Shown here: positions 37,533 to 46,872 of the stretch, piece after piece
Numbering within the stretch: the stretch's first letter is position 1
Layout: each line of letters starts with the position of its first letter
From: Armatimonadota bacterium
GTDB lineage: Bacteria > Armatimonadota > DTGP01 > JAKQQT01
Direction of reading: 5' to 3'
Length of the DNA stretch: 61,855 bases
Assembly (NCBI GenBank): GCA_029564025.1
Contig: JAKQQT010000213.1
Span: 1 to 61,855, forward strand
Translations under genes and position numbers: made by a program
Notes under the pieces: generated by a model
Databases searched by the model: none
Seen by the model: only the letters and a program-made list of their open reading frames with translations
What the model was told of the DNA's origin: nothing

Positions 37533-37733
37533 CTACTCTTCCTTCTTGGTGCGATCCTTAACGACGAGCACACGGCGCCCATTGTAGAAACCGCAACTCG
37601 GACAGGCGTGATGCATCAGTTTCCAAGCATGGCAACGGTTGCACTTGCCAAGAGCCGGTTCTTTGATCTGCCAGTTTGAAGACCGGCGCTGTCCCCTTGC
37701 GGAACGTGATCCTTTTCTTTTCGGTAGCGGCAT
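37533..37733 (-). CDS. rpmF: 50S ribosomal protein L32
   Basis: 66 aa with MPLPKRKGSRSARGQRRS and a CxxC...CxxC zinc ribbon. Confidence 0.93.
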   Translation of the reverse strand: MPLPKRKGSRSARGQRRSSNWQIKEPALGKCNRCHAWKLMHHACPSCGFYNGRRVLVVKDRTKKEE

Positions 37734-37793
37734 TCCTATCTCCCGGGCCTGGAACAGCCCTGTGTGTGTTTGTTATCGGTCAGGTTTATCAAG

Positions 37794-38330
37794 TCAGTTG
37801 TCGGTCATTTGTTTTTGCAATTGCGCCAGTGCGGAAAACGGCGAATCGTCGTCCGGCACGCACGAACACGTTCCCTCGTTCAGGTTGCGGCCGCAGTGCG
37901 GGCACAAGCCCTTGCAGTCGTCCCGGCAGACGATTTCGCCCGGTTCTTCCAGCACAATGGCCTGGCGAACCAGTTCCGTAACGTTCAACAGGTTGCCTTT
38001 GATCAAGGCTTGAAGCGCCGGTTCAGCGAAACCCGTGTCACCGTCCGCCAGGTCGGTTATCTCGCCGTGGGCGACGATGAATTCTTCCTCCACGGGCACG
38101 TCCAGGTCCACATCCACCGGTTCCAGGCACCGGCCGCATGAAAGGCGCAGAGTTGTTGTTACACGTCCCATCACTACCAGGACATTACCCGTATTGGTAA
38201 AAGTGACGTGACCTTCCACAGGGCTTGTGCATGGAAGCTCCAGTTCGGGGCCGCACGGGACACTGACATCATACGGGATCGCGTGTCCGGGCGTGTGCAA
38301 CAACTCACTCAGATCGACGCATACCGGCAT
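37794..38330 (-). CDS. DUF177 (YceD/YlbN) family protein
   Basis: Trimmed to the ATG at 38330. It carries C-terminal Cys clusters (CRDDCKGLCPHCG) and occupies the conserved position upstream of rpmF. Confidence 0.85.
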   Translation of the reverse strand: MPVCVDLSELLHTPGHAIPYDVSVPCGPELELPCTSPVEGHVTFTNTGNVLVVMGRVTTTLRLSCGRCLEPVDVDLDVPVEEEFIVAHGEITDLADGDTGFAEPALQALIKGNLLNVTELVRQAIVLEEPGEIVCRDDCKGLCPHCGRNLNEGTCSCVPDDDSPFSALAQLQKQMTDN

Positions 38331-38358
38331 GAACGCACTCCGCTTGGAAAATCTATTA

Positions 38359-39540
38359 TCAGGAACCCGTGACGACGCGTTCCGTCTGCCTCGCAATCAG
38401 GGCTTCCTCGTCGGTTGGAATCACCGCGGCGGCCGGTCCTTCGCTTTCCACGGTTATCAGTTTGGCCGACTTCGAGCGGGCTCCGTTGGCGTTTTCGTCC
38501 AGTTTCAGGCCAAGCCAGCCAAGTTTGCCAACCACCTGGCGGCGCACTTCCGGCGAGTTCTCGCCGATTCCGCCGCTGAAAACAAGCAGGTCCAAACCGC
38601 CCAGAACAGCCGTGAACGCTCCGACATACTTCTCTATACGATAGCAAAACATGTCAAAAGCCAGGGTCGCGCCCGGATGGCCTTCCGCCCTGCCTTGTTC
38701 GATATCCCTCATGTCCGGGCTCAGGCCGCTGACTCCCAGCAGTCCGCACTCCTTGTTAAGAAATCGGTCTGCCTCGGCGGGAGTCCACCCCTGACGCTGG
38801 ATAAGGAACGGAACCACGGCGCAGTCCATATCGCCGGTACGCGTTCCCATGATCAGGCCTTCAAGGGGGGTGAAGCCCATGCTGGTCTCACGGCAGACAC
38901 CGTCCAGAACCGCGGCCGCACTGCACCCGTTTCCAAGATGAAGGGTTATCACACGGTAAGGGGCCTTGACGCCGCGTTCCGCTAGGAACTCGTTTCCTTT
39001 CGCGCTGAGATACTGATGCGACGTTCCGTGAGCGCCGTACCGCCGGACTCCAAGTTCCTTGTAGTATTTCTCGGGAATGGCGTAACGGTGCGCATACGGA
39101 GGAATTGTTGCGTGAAAAGCCGTGTCAAATACCGCCACGTGGCTGACATTCGGCAGAACGGCGCGGGCCGCACGGATACCCTCTGCGTGCGCCGGATTGT
39201 GCAACGGAGCGAACAGCGAGCAGTAATCGATGCCCTCAAGCACTTTGTCATCGATCAAGGTCGGCGCCGTAAACAGTTCGCCTCCGTGAACAATTCGGTG
39301 ACCAACCGCTTCGATGTGGCTCTGCTTCTCCGCCAGTTCCACCAGGCGGCGCGTGGCGAGATCGACCGAAGCGCCGGGGAGTTTCTCCTCCACAACGTCC
39401 GTTCCACCCTCCCATTTCAGACGGCATTCCGGCGAGGCAATGCGATCAACCAGGCCTTTGCCCAGAACCTGGCCGGTGTTGGTCGAAATCATCCGTGCCT
39501 TGACGGTACTGCTTCCACTGTTGATGACTAAAACACGCAT
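38359..39540 (-). CDS. ackA: acetate kinase
   Basis: Trimmed to the ATG at 39540 (MRVLVINSGSSTVK). Contains HRIVHGG and GGIGENS. Confidence 0.95.
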   Translation of the reverse strand: MRVLVINSGSSTVKARMISTNTGQVLGKGLVDRIASPECRLKWEGGTDVVEEKLPGASVDLATRRLVELAEKQSHIEAVGHRIVHGGELFTAPTLIDDKVLEGIDYCSLFAPLHNPAHAEGIRAARAVLPNVSHVAVFDTAFHATIPPYAHRYAIPEKYYKELGVRRYGAHGTSHQYLSAKGNEFLAERGVKAPYRVITLHLGNGCSAAAVLDGVCRETSMGFTPLEGLIMGTRTGDMDCAVVPFLIQRQGWTPAEADRFLNKECGLLGVSGLSPDMRDIEQGRAEGHPGATLAFDMFCYRIEKYVGAFTAVLGGLDLLVFSGGIGENSPEVRRQVVGKLGWLGLKLDENANGARSKSAKLITVESEGPAAAVIPTDEEALIARQTERVVTGS

Positions 39541-39560
39541 TCTATTTCTGTTCCGATTTT

Positions 39561-40565
39561 CTATGAGGTCGAGGTCGGCAGAGACTGCACGGCGGTAATC
39601 GCGGCGACGTTCACAATGTCGGTGAAACTGCAACCGCGGGAGAGGTCGTTGACTGGCTTGCGCAAGCCTTGCAGGATCGGTCCGACGGCCTGGGCGCCTG
39701 CAAGTCGCTCCACCAGTTTGTAGCCGATGTTGCCGCTCTGAAGGTCAGGAAATATCAAAGTGTTGGCGTGACCCGCCACGGTGCTTCCCGGGGCTTTCTT
39801 CTGACCGATCCAAGGCACCAAAGCCGCGTCCACCTGCAATTCCCCGTCCACCTGGATGTCAGGCCATCGCTCCTTTACAATTGCCGTCGCCTGGACAACC
39901 TTGTCCACAACGTCGCCTTTGCCGCTTCCCTTGGTACTGAAGCACAGCATCGCCACACGGGCGTCCATCCCCAGCAGGCACAGTCCCGTGCGAGCCGTAC
40001 CCATCGCGATGCAGGCTAGTTCCTCGGCGGTCGGATTCACGCAAAGGCCGCAGTCTGCGAACAGAAGGGTTCCCTTGTCGCCGTATTCGTCTGAAGGCAG
40101 GTCCATTATCATCACACTGCTCACGATGCCGTATTCCGGAATCGCCCCAAGAACCTGCAAAGCCGGCCGCAGTGTGTCGGCAGTGCTGTGAACCGCGCCG
40201 GAGACTTCACCATCCGCGTCGCCGGCCGACACCATCAGAACGCCGCAGTACATCGGATCGGCGCTCAGGTCATACGCCTGCTCGGCCGTCATACCCTTCT
40301 TCTGGCGCTTTTCGAAAAGGATATCGGCGTACTCCTGCCGCCTGGGCTGAGTCGCCGGATCGACCACCGTTACACCCTCGAGGTTGACCTGAGCCGCCGA
40401 GGCGGCGGCCTTCACGGCTGTCTCCGATCCCAGCAATATCGGTTGTACGATTCCCCGGTCAACCAGTTCCCGGGCGGCTTTCAGGGTTCGCGGTTCGTCG
40501 CCCTCCGGAAAGACAATGCGCTTCTTCGCGGCTTGTGCCGTCGCGATAATAGATTCCAGTCCCAT
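39561..40565 (-). CDS. pta: phosphate acetyltransferase
   Basis: Contains IVFPEGDEPR, GAVHSTADTLRPALQ, NIGYK and NDLSRGC. I prefer the ATG at 40565 (TAATG coupling to the upstream stop); the ATG at 40583 is an alternative. Confidence 0.9.
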   Translation of the reverse strand: MGLESIIATAQAAKKRIVFPEGDEPRTLKAARELVDRGIVQPILLGSETAVKAAASAAQVNLEGVTVVDPATQPRRQEYADILFEKRQKKGMTAEQAYDLSADPMYCGVLMVSAGDADGEVSGAVHSTADTLRPALQVLGAIPEYGIVSSVMIMDLPSDEYGDKGTLLFADCGLCVNPTAEELACIAMGTARTGLCLLGMDARVAMLCFSTKGSGKGDVVDKVVQATAIVKERWPDIQVDGELQVDAALVPWIGQKKAPGSTVAGHANTLIFPDLQSGNIGYKLVERLAGAQAVGPILQGLRKPVNDLSRGCSFTDIVNVAAITAVQSLPTSTS

Positions 40566-41068
40566 TACTTCTGTTGTTCCCATCTATCGCGCCCCTTCTG
40601 AATGGTTGTCAGGACGCGAGTCAAGTGCTCATTAAGGGCTTTTAATCCCTGCTGAGCGTATTCATCGGCGGCGCGGCGGGTTTCGCGGGCGGTGTCGTCG
40701 GCTTCCTGCAGAATCTGACGGGCCTTGATGGTCGCGTGCCGGGTTACTTCCTCCTGCGTGGTAATCCGTTCCGCCATTTCGGCGGCCTCCTGGCGAAGTC
40801 GCTCTGCTTCACGCTGAGCTTCCTCCACAATCCTCGTAGCGCGGTTCTCGGCGGTCTGGATCATGTTGGAGCCTTCCGTCACCACCCGCTGGGCCTCCCG
40901 CATTTCCTTCGGAAGGGCCAGCCGTATGTTGTTGGTGATGGAGAAGACTTCCTCCACATTCACGAAGAGCGCATAGCGGCGGAACGGCGGAACACGTAAA
41001 TCGTGCTCAATCAGTTCCTCCAGTGCGTCCAGGTATTCCAGAACCTTGGTTTCGCTTTTCTGCATCAT
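40565..41068 (-). CDS. hypothetical coiled-coil protein
   Basis: 167 aa, rich in E/R/A/Q heptad-like helices (EEAQREAERLRQEAAEMAERI). It lies between coaD and pta, and no family was recognised. Confidence 0.6.
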   Translation of the reverse strand: MMQKSETKVLEYLDALEELIEHDLRVPPFRRYALFVNVEEVFSITNNIRLALPKEMREAQRVVTEGSNMIQTAENRATRIVEEAQREAERLRQEAAEMAERITTQEEVTRHATIKARQILQEADDTARETRRAADEYAQQGLKALNEHLTRVLTTIQKGRDRWEQQK

Positions 41069-41094
41069 TTTCCCCCCAACTACCGAAACGGCTG

Positions 41095-41586
41095 TTACGC
41101 GGAACCGGTCTTCTTTCGCAGTGCCCGTTCCACGGATTCCGGCACCAATCCACTGATATCGCCGCCAAGTTGCGCCACTTCCTTGACCAGGCTACTGCTG
41201 AGAAACGCCTTGTCCGCGTCGGTCATCAGGAACACCGTCTCGATATCAGGATTGAGCCGTCGGTTCATCAAAGCCATCTGAAACTCAAACTCAAAGTCCG
41301 AAACGGCGCGCAAACCCTTGATGATGGCTTTTGCGCCCACATCGCGGGCCAGGTTCACCAGCAGGCCGGAAAATGACGTTATCGAAACGTCCTCGCAATT
41401 ACTGAAGACTTCATTCAGGAACGCCAGCCGTTCTTCCACGGAGAACATGGGCGACTTGCCTGGATTCCTCGCAACGGCAATGACGACGTGGTCGAACAGG
41501 CCCGCGGCTCTGCGCGCGATATCGACGTGACCATTGGTCACCGGATCAAATGATCCGGCGTACAAGCCGATTCTTTCCTCTTTCAT
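41095..41586 (-). CDS. coaD: phosphopantetheine adenylyltransferase
   Basis: Trimmed to the ATG at 41586. Contains GSFDPVTNGHVDI. Confidence 0.93.
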   Translation of the reverse strand: MKEERIGLYAGSFDPVTNGHVDIARRAAGLFDHVVIAVARNPGKSPMFSVEERLAFLNEVFSNCEDVSITSFSGLLVNLARDVGAKAIIKGLRAVSDFEFEFQMALMNRRLNPDIETVFLMTDADKAFLSSSLVKEVAQLGGDISGLVPESVERALRKKTGSA

Positions 41587-41627
41587 AGTGGCATCCGCCA
41601 ATACAGGATAGCCCTGTAGTACTCCGT

Positions 41628-43769
41628 TCACGAAAAAACAGCCAGCAGAGTACCGGAAAATCGTTCCCTAACCGCCTGCTTCAGCGCCTGATGCTCCGGC
41701 CGGTCGAGGTTCGGGTCGTCCGCGACAAGGGTGAACGCTTCCGCCCTGGCTTCCTCCAGGATCGGTACATCCTCCAGGATGTTGGCAATGCGAAACGACG
41801 GCATCCCCGTTTGTTTGGTGCCCCACAGCTCGCCAGGTCCGCGCAACCTGAGGTCCTCTTCAGCAATTACAAATCCGTCCTGTGTGTCGGTCATGACCTT
41901 CAGACGTCGTTCGGCGACATCGGTGGAAGGATTGGCAACCAGAACACAGAACGACCTCTCGGAACCCCTCCCTACCCGGCCACGCAACTGGTGCAACTGG
42001 CTTAAGCCGAAGCGATCCGCGTCCTCCACCACCATCACCGTCGCATTGGGGATGTCCACACCCACTTCGATGACCGTGGTTGCTACCAGCACATCCGTCT
42101 CACCCCGGCGGAACAGGTCCATCTGGGAATCCTTCTCACCGGAACTCATCTGTCCATGCACCAAACCAATCCGGCGGTGCGGGAAAATACGCTGGCTCAA
42201 CTGCTCATACAGTGCCGTCACCGCCTGGGTCTGCAGTTTTTCGGACTCTTCCACAAGCGGACAGACGATATACGCCTGCCGGCCTTGCGCGAGCAGTTTC
42301 TCGATGCCTTCATACACGCGCCGCCGTTCCGAAGAGCGCTTGAAGTGGGTGGTGATGGGTTGTCGTCCGGGCGGCATTTCGTTGATGACGCTTACGTCCA
42401 GATCGCCGTAAACCACAAGAGCCAGCGTGCGCGGAATCGGCGTGGCGGTCATCACGAGAACGTCCGGATTGCTGGCCTTCTGCCGCAAAGCCGCCCGTTG
42501 AACCACGCCGAACCGGTGCTGTTCATCGACAACCACCAGTCCGAGGTTGCGAAATTCCACCGTTTCCTGAATCAACGCGTGTGTGCCAACGACAATGGTG
42601 CTCAAACCGAGGGCTACACGGTCCTGGGCGTCCTTCTTGCGACGGCCGGTGATTCCTCCGGTCAGCAGTTCCACTTCGAATCCCATCGGCTTGAGAATCG
42701 CACGCAGTGTCGTAGCGTGCTGTTCCGCCAGTATCTCGGTGGGCGCCATCACGGCGGCCTGATACCCGGCACGCGCGGCCGCTAGCATGGCCGCGGCCGC
42801 AACCACCGTCTTGCCGCTTCCCACATCACCCTGCAGAAGGCGGTTCATCGGCCTTGGCTGGCGCATATCGGCTATGATTTCGTCGAGACAACGTTTTTGA
42901 GCCGACGTAAACCGGAAAGGAAGTTTTGCCTCAAACTCGTCGATGAATCCCTCCGGCACCTCGATCGCGATGCCCGGCATATCCAGCGTCTCCGTTTTGC
43001 GGCGAACAGCCAACGCCACCTGCAGTAGGAACAATTCCTCAAAAGCCAGGCGTGTTCGGGCGGCAAGGCGCTTTTGTTCGTCGTCCGGCCAATGTATCTG
43101 CTGGTATGCCGACTGCGCGGATGGCATCTGTCTGCGGTTCAGCAGATAGTCCGGCAGGGCTTCCTCTACCAGAGGGGCAAGAACCGGTATGGCTGTGCGC
43201 GTGATACGGCGGACCGCGTTTTGCTGTAATCCATCTGTCAGGTTGTAGAACGGCACGATCCGGCCGAGCAAAAGAGAATCATTGCCCGGGCCGCCGGTCA
43301 GCGCGGTTTCGTCCCACTCCACTTCTTTCAACTCGTACCAGCCGCCCATCATGTCCCGCGAAACGGTTCCGTACATGGGCACGGAAACGCTTCGCAGTTT
43401 CATCAGTTTTTCGCGGAGCCACGGCTGGTTGAAAAATGTGATTTCTGCCGAGGCGGAACCATCGGTCACCACGGCCTTGGTAACGGTTTTACCTGAACGA
43501 GTGGTCCGGTTCTCCACCGAGACGAAGCGGACATTGAACACGGCAGACTGACCGTCACCAACCTCGGCCAGGCGAGCGAAACGGCTTCTGTCCTCCCACC
43601 GCCTCGGAAAGAAGGTCAGGAGATCTCCTGCCGTCTCTATGCCCAGTTTCCTCAGCAGAACGGCGCGTTTCTCGCCCACGCCCTTGATGAACTGGATGGG
43701 ATCGTCCAGGCGAGGCCCCCGGGAGCCTGGGGAACGTGAATCAGCCGGATGCGGATCGTTGGTAGCCAT
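41628..43769 (-). CDS. recG: ATP-dependent DNA helicase RecG
   Basis: Trimmed to the ATG at 43769, because the longer ORF reads through tRNA-Pro. Has the wedge domain, helicase motifs (GDVGSGKT, DEQHRFG) and a C-terminal TRG motif region. Confidence 0.95.
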   Translation of the reverse strand: MATNDPHPADSRSPGSRGPRLDDPIQFIKGVGEKRAVLLRKLGIETAGDLLTFFPRRWEDRSRFARLAEVGDGQSAVFNVRFVSVENRTTRSGKTVTKAVVTDGSASAEITFFNQPWLREKLMKLRSVSVPMYGTVSRDMMGGWYELKEVEWDETALTGGPGNDSLLLGRIVPFYNLTDGLQQNAVRRITRTAIPVLAPLVEEALPDYLLNRRQMPSAQSAYQQIHWPDDEQKRLAARTRLAFEELFLLQVALAVRRKTETLDMPGIAIEVPEGFIDEFEAKLPFRFTSAQKRCLDEIIADMRQPRPMNRLLQGDVGSGKTVVAAAAMLAAARAGYQAAVMAPTEILAEQHATTLRAILKPMGFEVELLTGGITGRRKKDAQDRVALGLSTIVVGTHALIQETVEFRNLGLVVVDEQHRFGVVQRAALRQKASNPDVLVMTATPIPRTLALVVYGDLDVSVINEMPPGRQPITTHFKRSSERRRVYEGIEKLLAQGRQAYIVCPLVEESEKLQTQAVTALYEQLSQRIFPHRRIGLVHGQMSSGEKDSQMDLFRRGETDVLVATTVIEVGVDIPNATVMVVEDADRFGLSQLHQLRGRVGRGSERSFCVLVANPSTDVAERRLKVMTDTQDGFVIAEEDLRLRGPGELWGTKQTGMPSFRIANILEDVPILEEARAEAFTLVADDPNLDRPEHQALKQAVRERFSGTLLAVFS

Positions 43770-43821
43770 GTTGATCGTTCGAGAGGATGGACCTTTCCGG
43801 CATGGAAGGTGAACGCGGTTG

Positions 43822-43898
43822 TGGTCGGGGCGACTGGATTCGAACCAGCGACCTTTCGCTCCCAAAGCGAACGCGCTACCAAGCTGCGCCACGCCCCG
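43822..43898 (-). tRNA. tRNA-Pro (anticodon UGG), CCA encoded
   Basis: Hand-folded cloverleaf: acceptor CGGGGCG/CGCCCCG, D stem GCGC/GCGC, anticodon stem TTCGC/GCGAA with loop TTTGGGA, T arm GCTGG-TTCGAAT-CCAGT, then A-CCA. Confidence 0.9.
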
Positions 43899-43907
43899 CC
43901 AAAGGTC

Positions 43908-43936
43908 ATGATACCGCCGCGCGCGTGCGGGGTCAA
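43908..43936 (-). promoter_or_regulatory. sigma70-type promoter for tRNA-Pro
   Basis: The minus strand reads TTGACC, a 17-nt spacer, then TATCAT. It ends about 9 nt before the tRNA 5' end. Confidence 0.55.
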
Positions 43937-43945
43937 CCAGACCGC

Positions 43946-43974
43946 TTGACAGCCCTCGCGCCGAGGCATATACT
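43946..43974 (+). promoter_or_regulatory. near-consensus sigma70-type promoter for tRNA-Gln
   Basis: TTGACA (43946..43951), a 17-nt spacer, then TATACT (43969..43974). The tRNA starts 13 nt downstream. Confidence 0.65.
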
Positions 43975-43986
43975 GTGATTGGCCTT

Positions 43987-44062
43987 TGGGGACTGGTGTA
44001 ACTGGCAACACGCCTGACTCTGGATCAGGTAAGTCTAGGTTCGAGCCCTAGGTCCCCAGCCA
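43987..44062 (+). tRNA. tRNA-Gln (anticodon CUG), CCA encoded
   Basis: Hand-folded cloverleaf: acceptor TGGGGAC/GTCCCCA (U1-A72 and G73, as in bacterial tRNA-Gln), D stem GTGT/ACAC, anticodon stem CCTGA/TCAGG with loop CTCTGGA, T arm CTAGG-TTCGAGC-CCTAG. Confidence 0.88.
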
Positions 44063-44072
44063 GAAATCTATA

Positions 44073-44098
44073 GGGCCGCCCAAACGGGCGGCCCTTTT
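44073..44098 (+). terminator. intrinsic terminator after tRNA-Gln (possibly bidirectional with the convergent ABC ATPase gene)
   Basis: GGGCCGCCC-aaac-GGGCGGCCC followed by TTTT. Confidence 0.7.
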
Positions 44099-44120
44099 GG
44101 CGTCTCGGGTGGCAGGTACC

Positions 44121-44819
44121 CTACCCGCCTCTGCCGTTGGACTTCGCGACGGGTTCATCGCCCACAAGCATACCGTCCTTAAAGTGGATGATGCGCTCGG
44201 CGTGTGCCGCGATATCGTGCTCGTGGGTGATAATCACCACCGTCTTGCCGGAATCGTGGAACCGCTTGAAGATATCCATGATCTCCTCGCCGGTGCGGCT
44301 GTCCAGGTTGCCGGTCGGTTCATCCCCAAACAAGATGGGCGGATTGTTGACCAGAGCCCGGGCAATCGCCACCCTTTGCTGTTGTCCGCCGGAGAGTTCG
44401 TTCGGCTTGTGATGGGTTCGGTCGCTGAGCCCCACAACCTCCAGGCACTTCTCGGCGATTTCCCGACGGTTGGCAACGCCAGTGTAGAACAGCGGCATCT
44501 CCACATTCAGCAGGGCCGTCGTGCGCGGAAGCAGGTTGAAGGTCTGGTAGACGAAACCAATCTTGCGACTGCGGATATCGGCCAATTGATCGTCGTTGAG
44601 GCCTGAAACCTCAATCCCGTCGAGTTTGTAGGAACCGCTGGTCGGGACGTCGAGACACCCGATTAGGTTCATAAACGTCGACTTACCGGAACCGGAAGGA
44701 CCCATGATAGCCACGAACTCTCCGTGGTCGATGGTCAGCGATACGCCTCCAAGGGCCTGTACTTCCTGGTTGCCCATCTTGTAGGTTTTGGTCAGGTTGT
44801 CTACCTGTATCAACGGCAT
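44121..44819 (-). CDS. ABC transporter ATP-binding protein (MacB/LolD/DevA type)
   Basis: Trimmed to the ATG at 44819 ([13 protein letters not shown]). Has Walker [10 protein letters not shown], the signature [15 protein letters not shown] and Walker [13 protein letters not shown]. Confidence 0.93.
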   Translation of the reverse strand: MPLIQVDNLTKTYKMGNQEVQALGGVSLTIDHGEFVAIMGPSGSGKSTFMNLIGCLDVPTSGSYKLDGIEVSGLNDDQLADIRSRKIGFVYQTFNLLPRTTALLNVEMPLFYTGVANRREIAEKCLEVVGLSDRTHHKPNELSGGQQQRVAIARALVNNPPILFGDEPTGNLDSRTGEEIMDIFKRFHDSGKTVVIITHEHDIAAHAERIIHFKDGMLVGDEPVAKSNGRGG

Positions 44820-44889
44820 GCGATACTTCCCATCTGATACCGGGGGATGTTGTTCAACCAGCATCCCCCGGATTGTGATCTGTTCGTTG

Positions 44890-45477
44890 TTACTTGGCCC
44901 GTGCTGTCAGCAACTTGGTCAACTCGTTCATCCGCTGTTTCGCCATGGTCCGCATGCGCTCCTGTGCGATGGTGTCCGGGTTAAGCGGATTGTACTCCTT
45001 CGGCATCGGGAACTTGCTGGGATCGAACTGCCTCGGACGGTCTCCTTGCGTACCCGCACCTGGCGCTCCTCCCGAGGGACGACGCATACCGCCGGGTCGC
45101 TGGCCAATTCTCGGAGCGGTGACAATCTTCTTCAACTGGGACTGAGTCAAGGTGCCGGTAATCTGCTTGTTCAATTTCAATGCCTGCGCATCCGTCATCA
45201 CGGGTTTCTTGCGCCATGGTTGCAGAACGCCGAGGATGGTTTTGGCCTGGGCCTTCGTCAGTTTCGTCTTGGGATCCTTCTCCAGTTCGCTCAGCCCGAA
45301 CAGGGTCTGTTGCAGTGAACTGACGTTTTTGTGGGTGTCACGGAACTTGGCCCAAGCCTTCATGCGGGCCTGCATTTCGGGAGTCATCTGTGCGCCGCCC
45401 GGCGCCTGGGCCGAAACCACAGACACGCAGAGCGCTGTTACGGCGAGTGTTGACAGGATCGTTCTGATGCTGAACAT
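44890..45477 (-). CDS. secreted hypothetical protein with LTxxQ-like repeats and a Gly/Arg/Pro-rich segment
   Basis: Has a signal peptide ([25 protein letters not shown]) and the motifs [19 protein letters not shown] and [10 protein letters not shown] low-complexity stretch reads [26 protein letters not shown]. It lies between the permease and ATPase genes. Confidence 0.6.
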   Translation of the reverse strand: MFSIRTILSTLAVTALCVSVVSAQAPGGAQMTPEMQARMKAWAKFRDTHKNVSSLQQTLFGLSELEKDPKTKLTKAQAKTILGVLQPWRKKPVMTDAQALKLNKQITGTLTQSQLKKIVTAPRIGQRPGGMRRPSGGAPGAGTQGDRPRQFDPSKFPMPKEYNPLNPDTIAQERMRTMAKQRMNELTKLLTARAK

Positions 45478-45516
45478 GGTTTTCTCCTTCGTGGAATCTC
45501 GACGACCGGTCGGCCG

Positions 45517-46854
45517 TCATTCGTATCGCAGGGCCTCAATCGGATTTAGACGGGATGCCTTCCAGGCCGGGTAAAACCCGAAGAAAGCGCCTACGATAGC
45601 AGAAAAGCTGAATGCGAGAATAATCGTTGATGGTAGAAGGACAATCGTCCAGTCGTTGGCGTTGCCTACCAATTTCGCTCCACCGACCCCGAACGCCACG
45701 CCCAGCAGGCCGCCGATGAGTGACAGAAACAGGGCCTCCAGCAGAAATTGGGTCAGGATATGGCTTCTTCGCGCGCCGATAGCCTTCCGGACACCGATCT
45801 CGCGCGTTCGTTCGGTCACCGATACCAGCATGATGTTCATGATTCCGACACCGCCGACTACCAGAGACACGATGGCAAGGTAGGTGATCAACGCGGAGAA
45901 GGTATCCTGCTGGGCGTTCTGGGCCTCGGCAAGGTCCGCCTGGTTAAAGATACGGAAGTCGTTCTCGGCGTTTGCGGCCAACCGGTGGCGAGCCCTGAGC
46001 AGTGTTTCCAATTCGGTTTGGGCCCTCTGCATCAACGCTTCGGAACGTCCCTGGCAGGCAATGGATTGAAGATTGTCCATTCCGAACAGACGACGCATCG
46101 CGGTTGTGTACGGTATGTATACCGCGTCGTCCGGATTTCGCCACCCGGAGCCGCCCTTGGCCTGGAATACTCCGATAATCTCGAACCTCTGTCCCGCGAT
46201 ACGCACCGACTTTCCGACTGCGGGAGTGGATCCAAACAGGGTTTTCCAAGTTGTGTCTCCCAGAATCGCCACCCTCTGTGTGGTGTTGATATCATCGGCG
46301 GTCAGGTTTCTACCCTGCCGGACCTGGAAGTTTGTTATGGCCGCGTAATCCGCTCCCACGCCGTTGATGGAGACACTCGTGTTCTCTGCCTGGTACTTCA
46401 CCTGAGCGTTGCGGCTGACAGACGGCGATACGCGCACGATGCTGGGACATCCCTTGAGAATGGCTTCCGCGTCTTCCGGCACCAGCGACACACTGGAACC
46501 GAAACCCATGCTCACACCACCGCGCCGTTGCTGACCGGACATCACCGTCAGGACGTTGGTGCCCAGGCTTCGCAGACTGGCGGCAACCGCTTCACGCGAT
46601 CCCTGCCCGATGGCGATGGCGATGATCACCGCGCCGACGCCAATGATGACGCCCAGCATCGTCAGGAAAGCCCGCAACTTGTTGGCGCCCAGACCGCGGA
46701 TGGCCATAATCAGGCTGACCGGATTAAATCCGTGCGCCTGCACAGCCTCCGGTATTTCGATTGGGGACTTCCCGTTGCCCGAAGGCGGAGGTATATCGCG
46801 GACCCTGGTTTCGACGGGCTGTCGCTCTGTTGCTTGAGTTGTCATGTGATACAA
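45517..46854 (-). CDS. ABC transporter permease, MacB/FtsX type (no fused ATPase)
   Basis: 445 aa with an N-terminal TM helix, a large periplasmic domain (MacB_PCD-like) and a C-terminal FtsX 3-TM bundle (REIGVRKAIGARR). Confidence 0.9.
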   Translation of the reverse strand: MYHMTTQATERQPVETRVRDIPPPSGNGKSPIEIPEAVQAHGFNPVSLIMAIRGLGANKLRAFLTMLGVIIGVGAVIIAIAIGQGSREAVAASLRSLGTNVLTVMSGQQRRGGVSMGFGSSVSLVPEDAEAILKGCPSIVRVSPSVSRNAQVKYQAENTSVSINGVGADYAAITNFQVRQGRNLTADDINTTQRVAILGDTTWKTLFGSTPAVGKSVRIAGQRFEIIGVFQAKGGSGWRNPDDAVYIPYTTAMRRLFGMDNLQSIACQGRSEALMQRAQTELETLLRARHRLAANAENDFRIFNQADLAEAQNAQQDTFSALITYLAIVSLVVGGVGIMNIMLVSVTERTREIGVRKAIGARRSHILTQFLLEALFLSLIGGLLGVAFGVGGAKLVGNANDWTIVLLPSTIILAFSFSAIVGAFFGFYPAWKASRLNPIEALRYE

Positions 46855-46872
46855 ATCCTGTGAAGCGTCTGC

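Noticed and set aside
43770-43892. N-terminal extension of the recG ORF ([24 protein letters not shown]...)
   Set aside because: This stretch is the translation of the tRNA-Pro gene; GRWFESSR is the T-arm read as protein. The recG start was moved to the ATG at 43769. The 119-aa ORF at 43652..44011 is rejected for the same reason.
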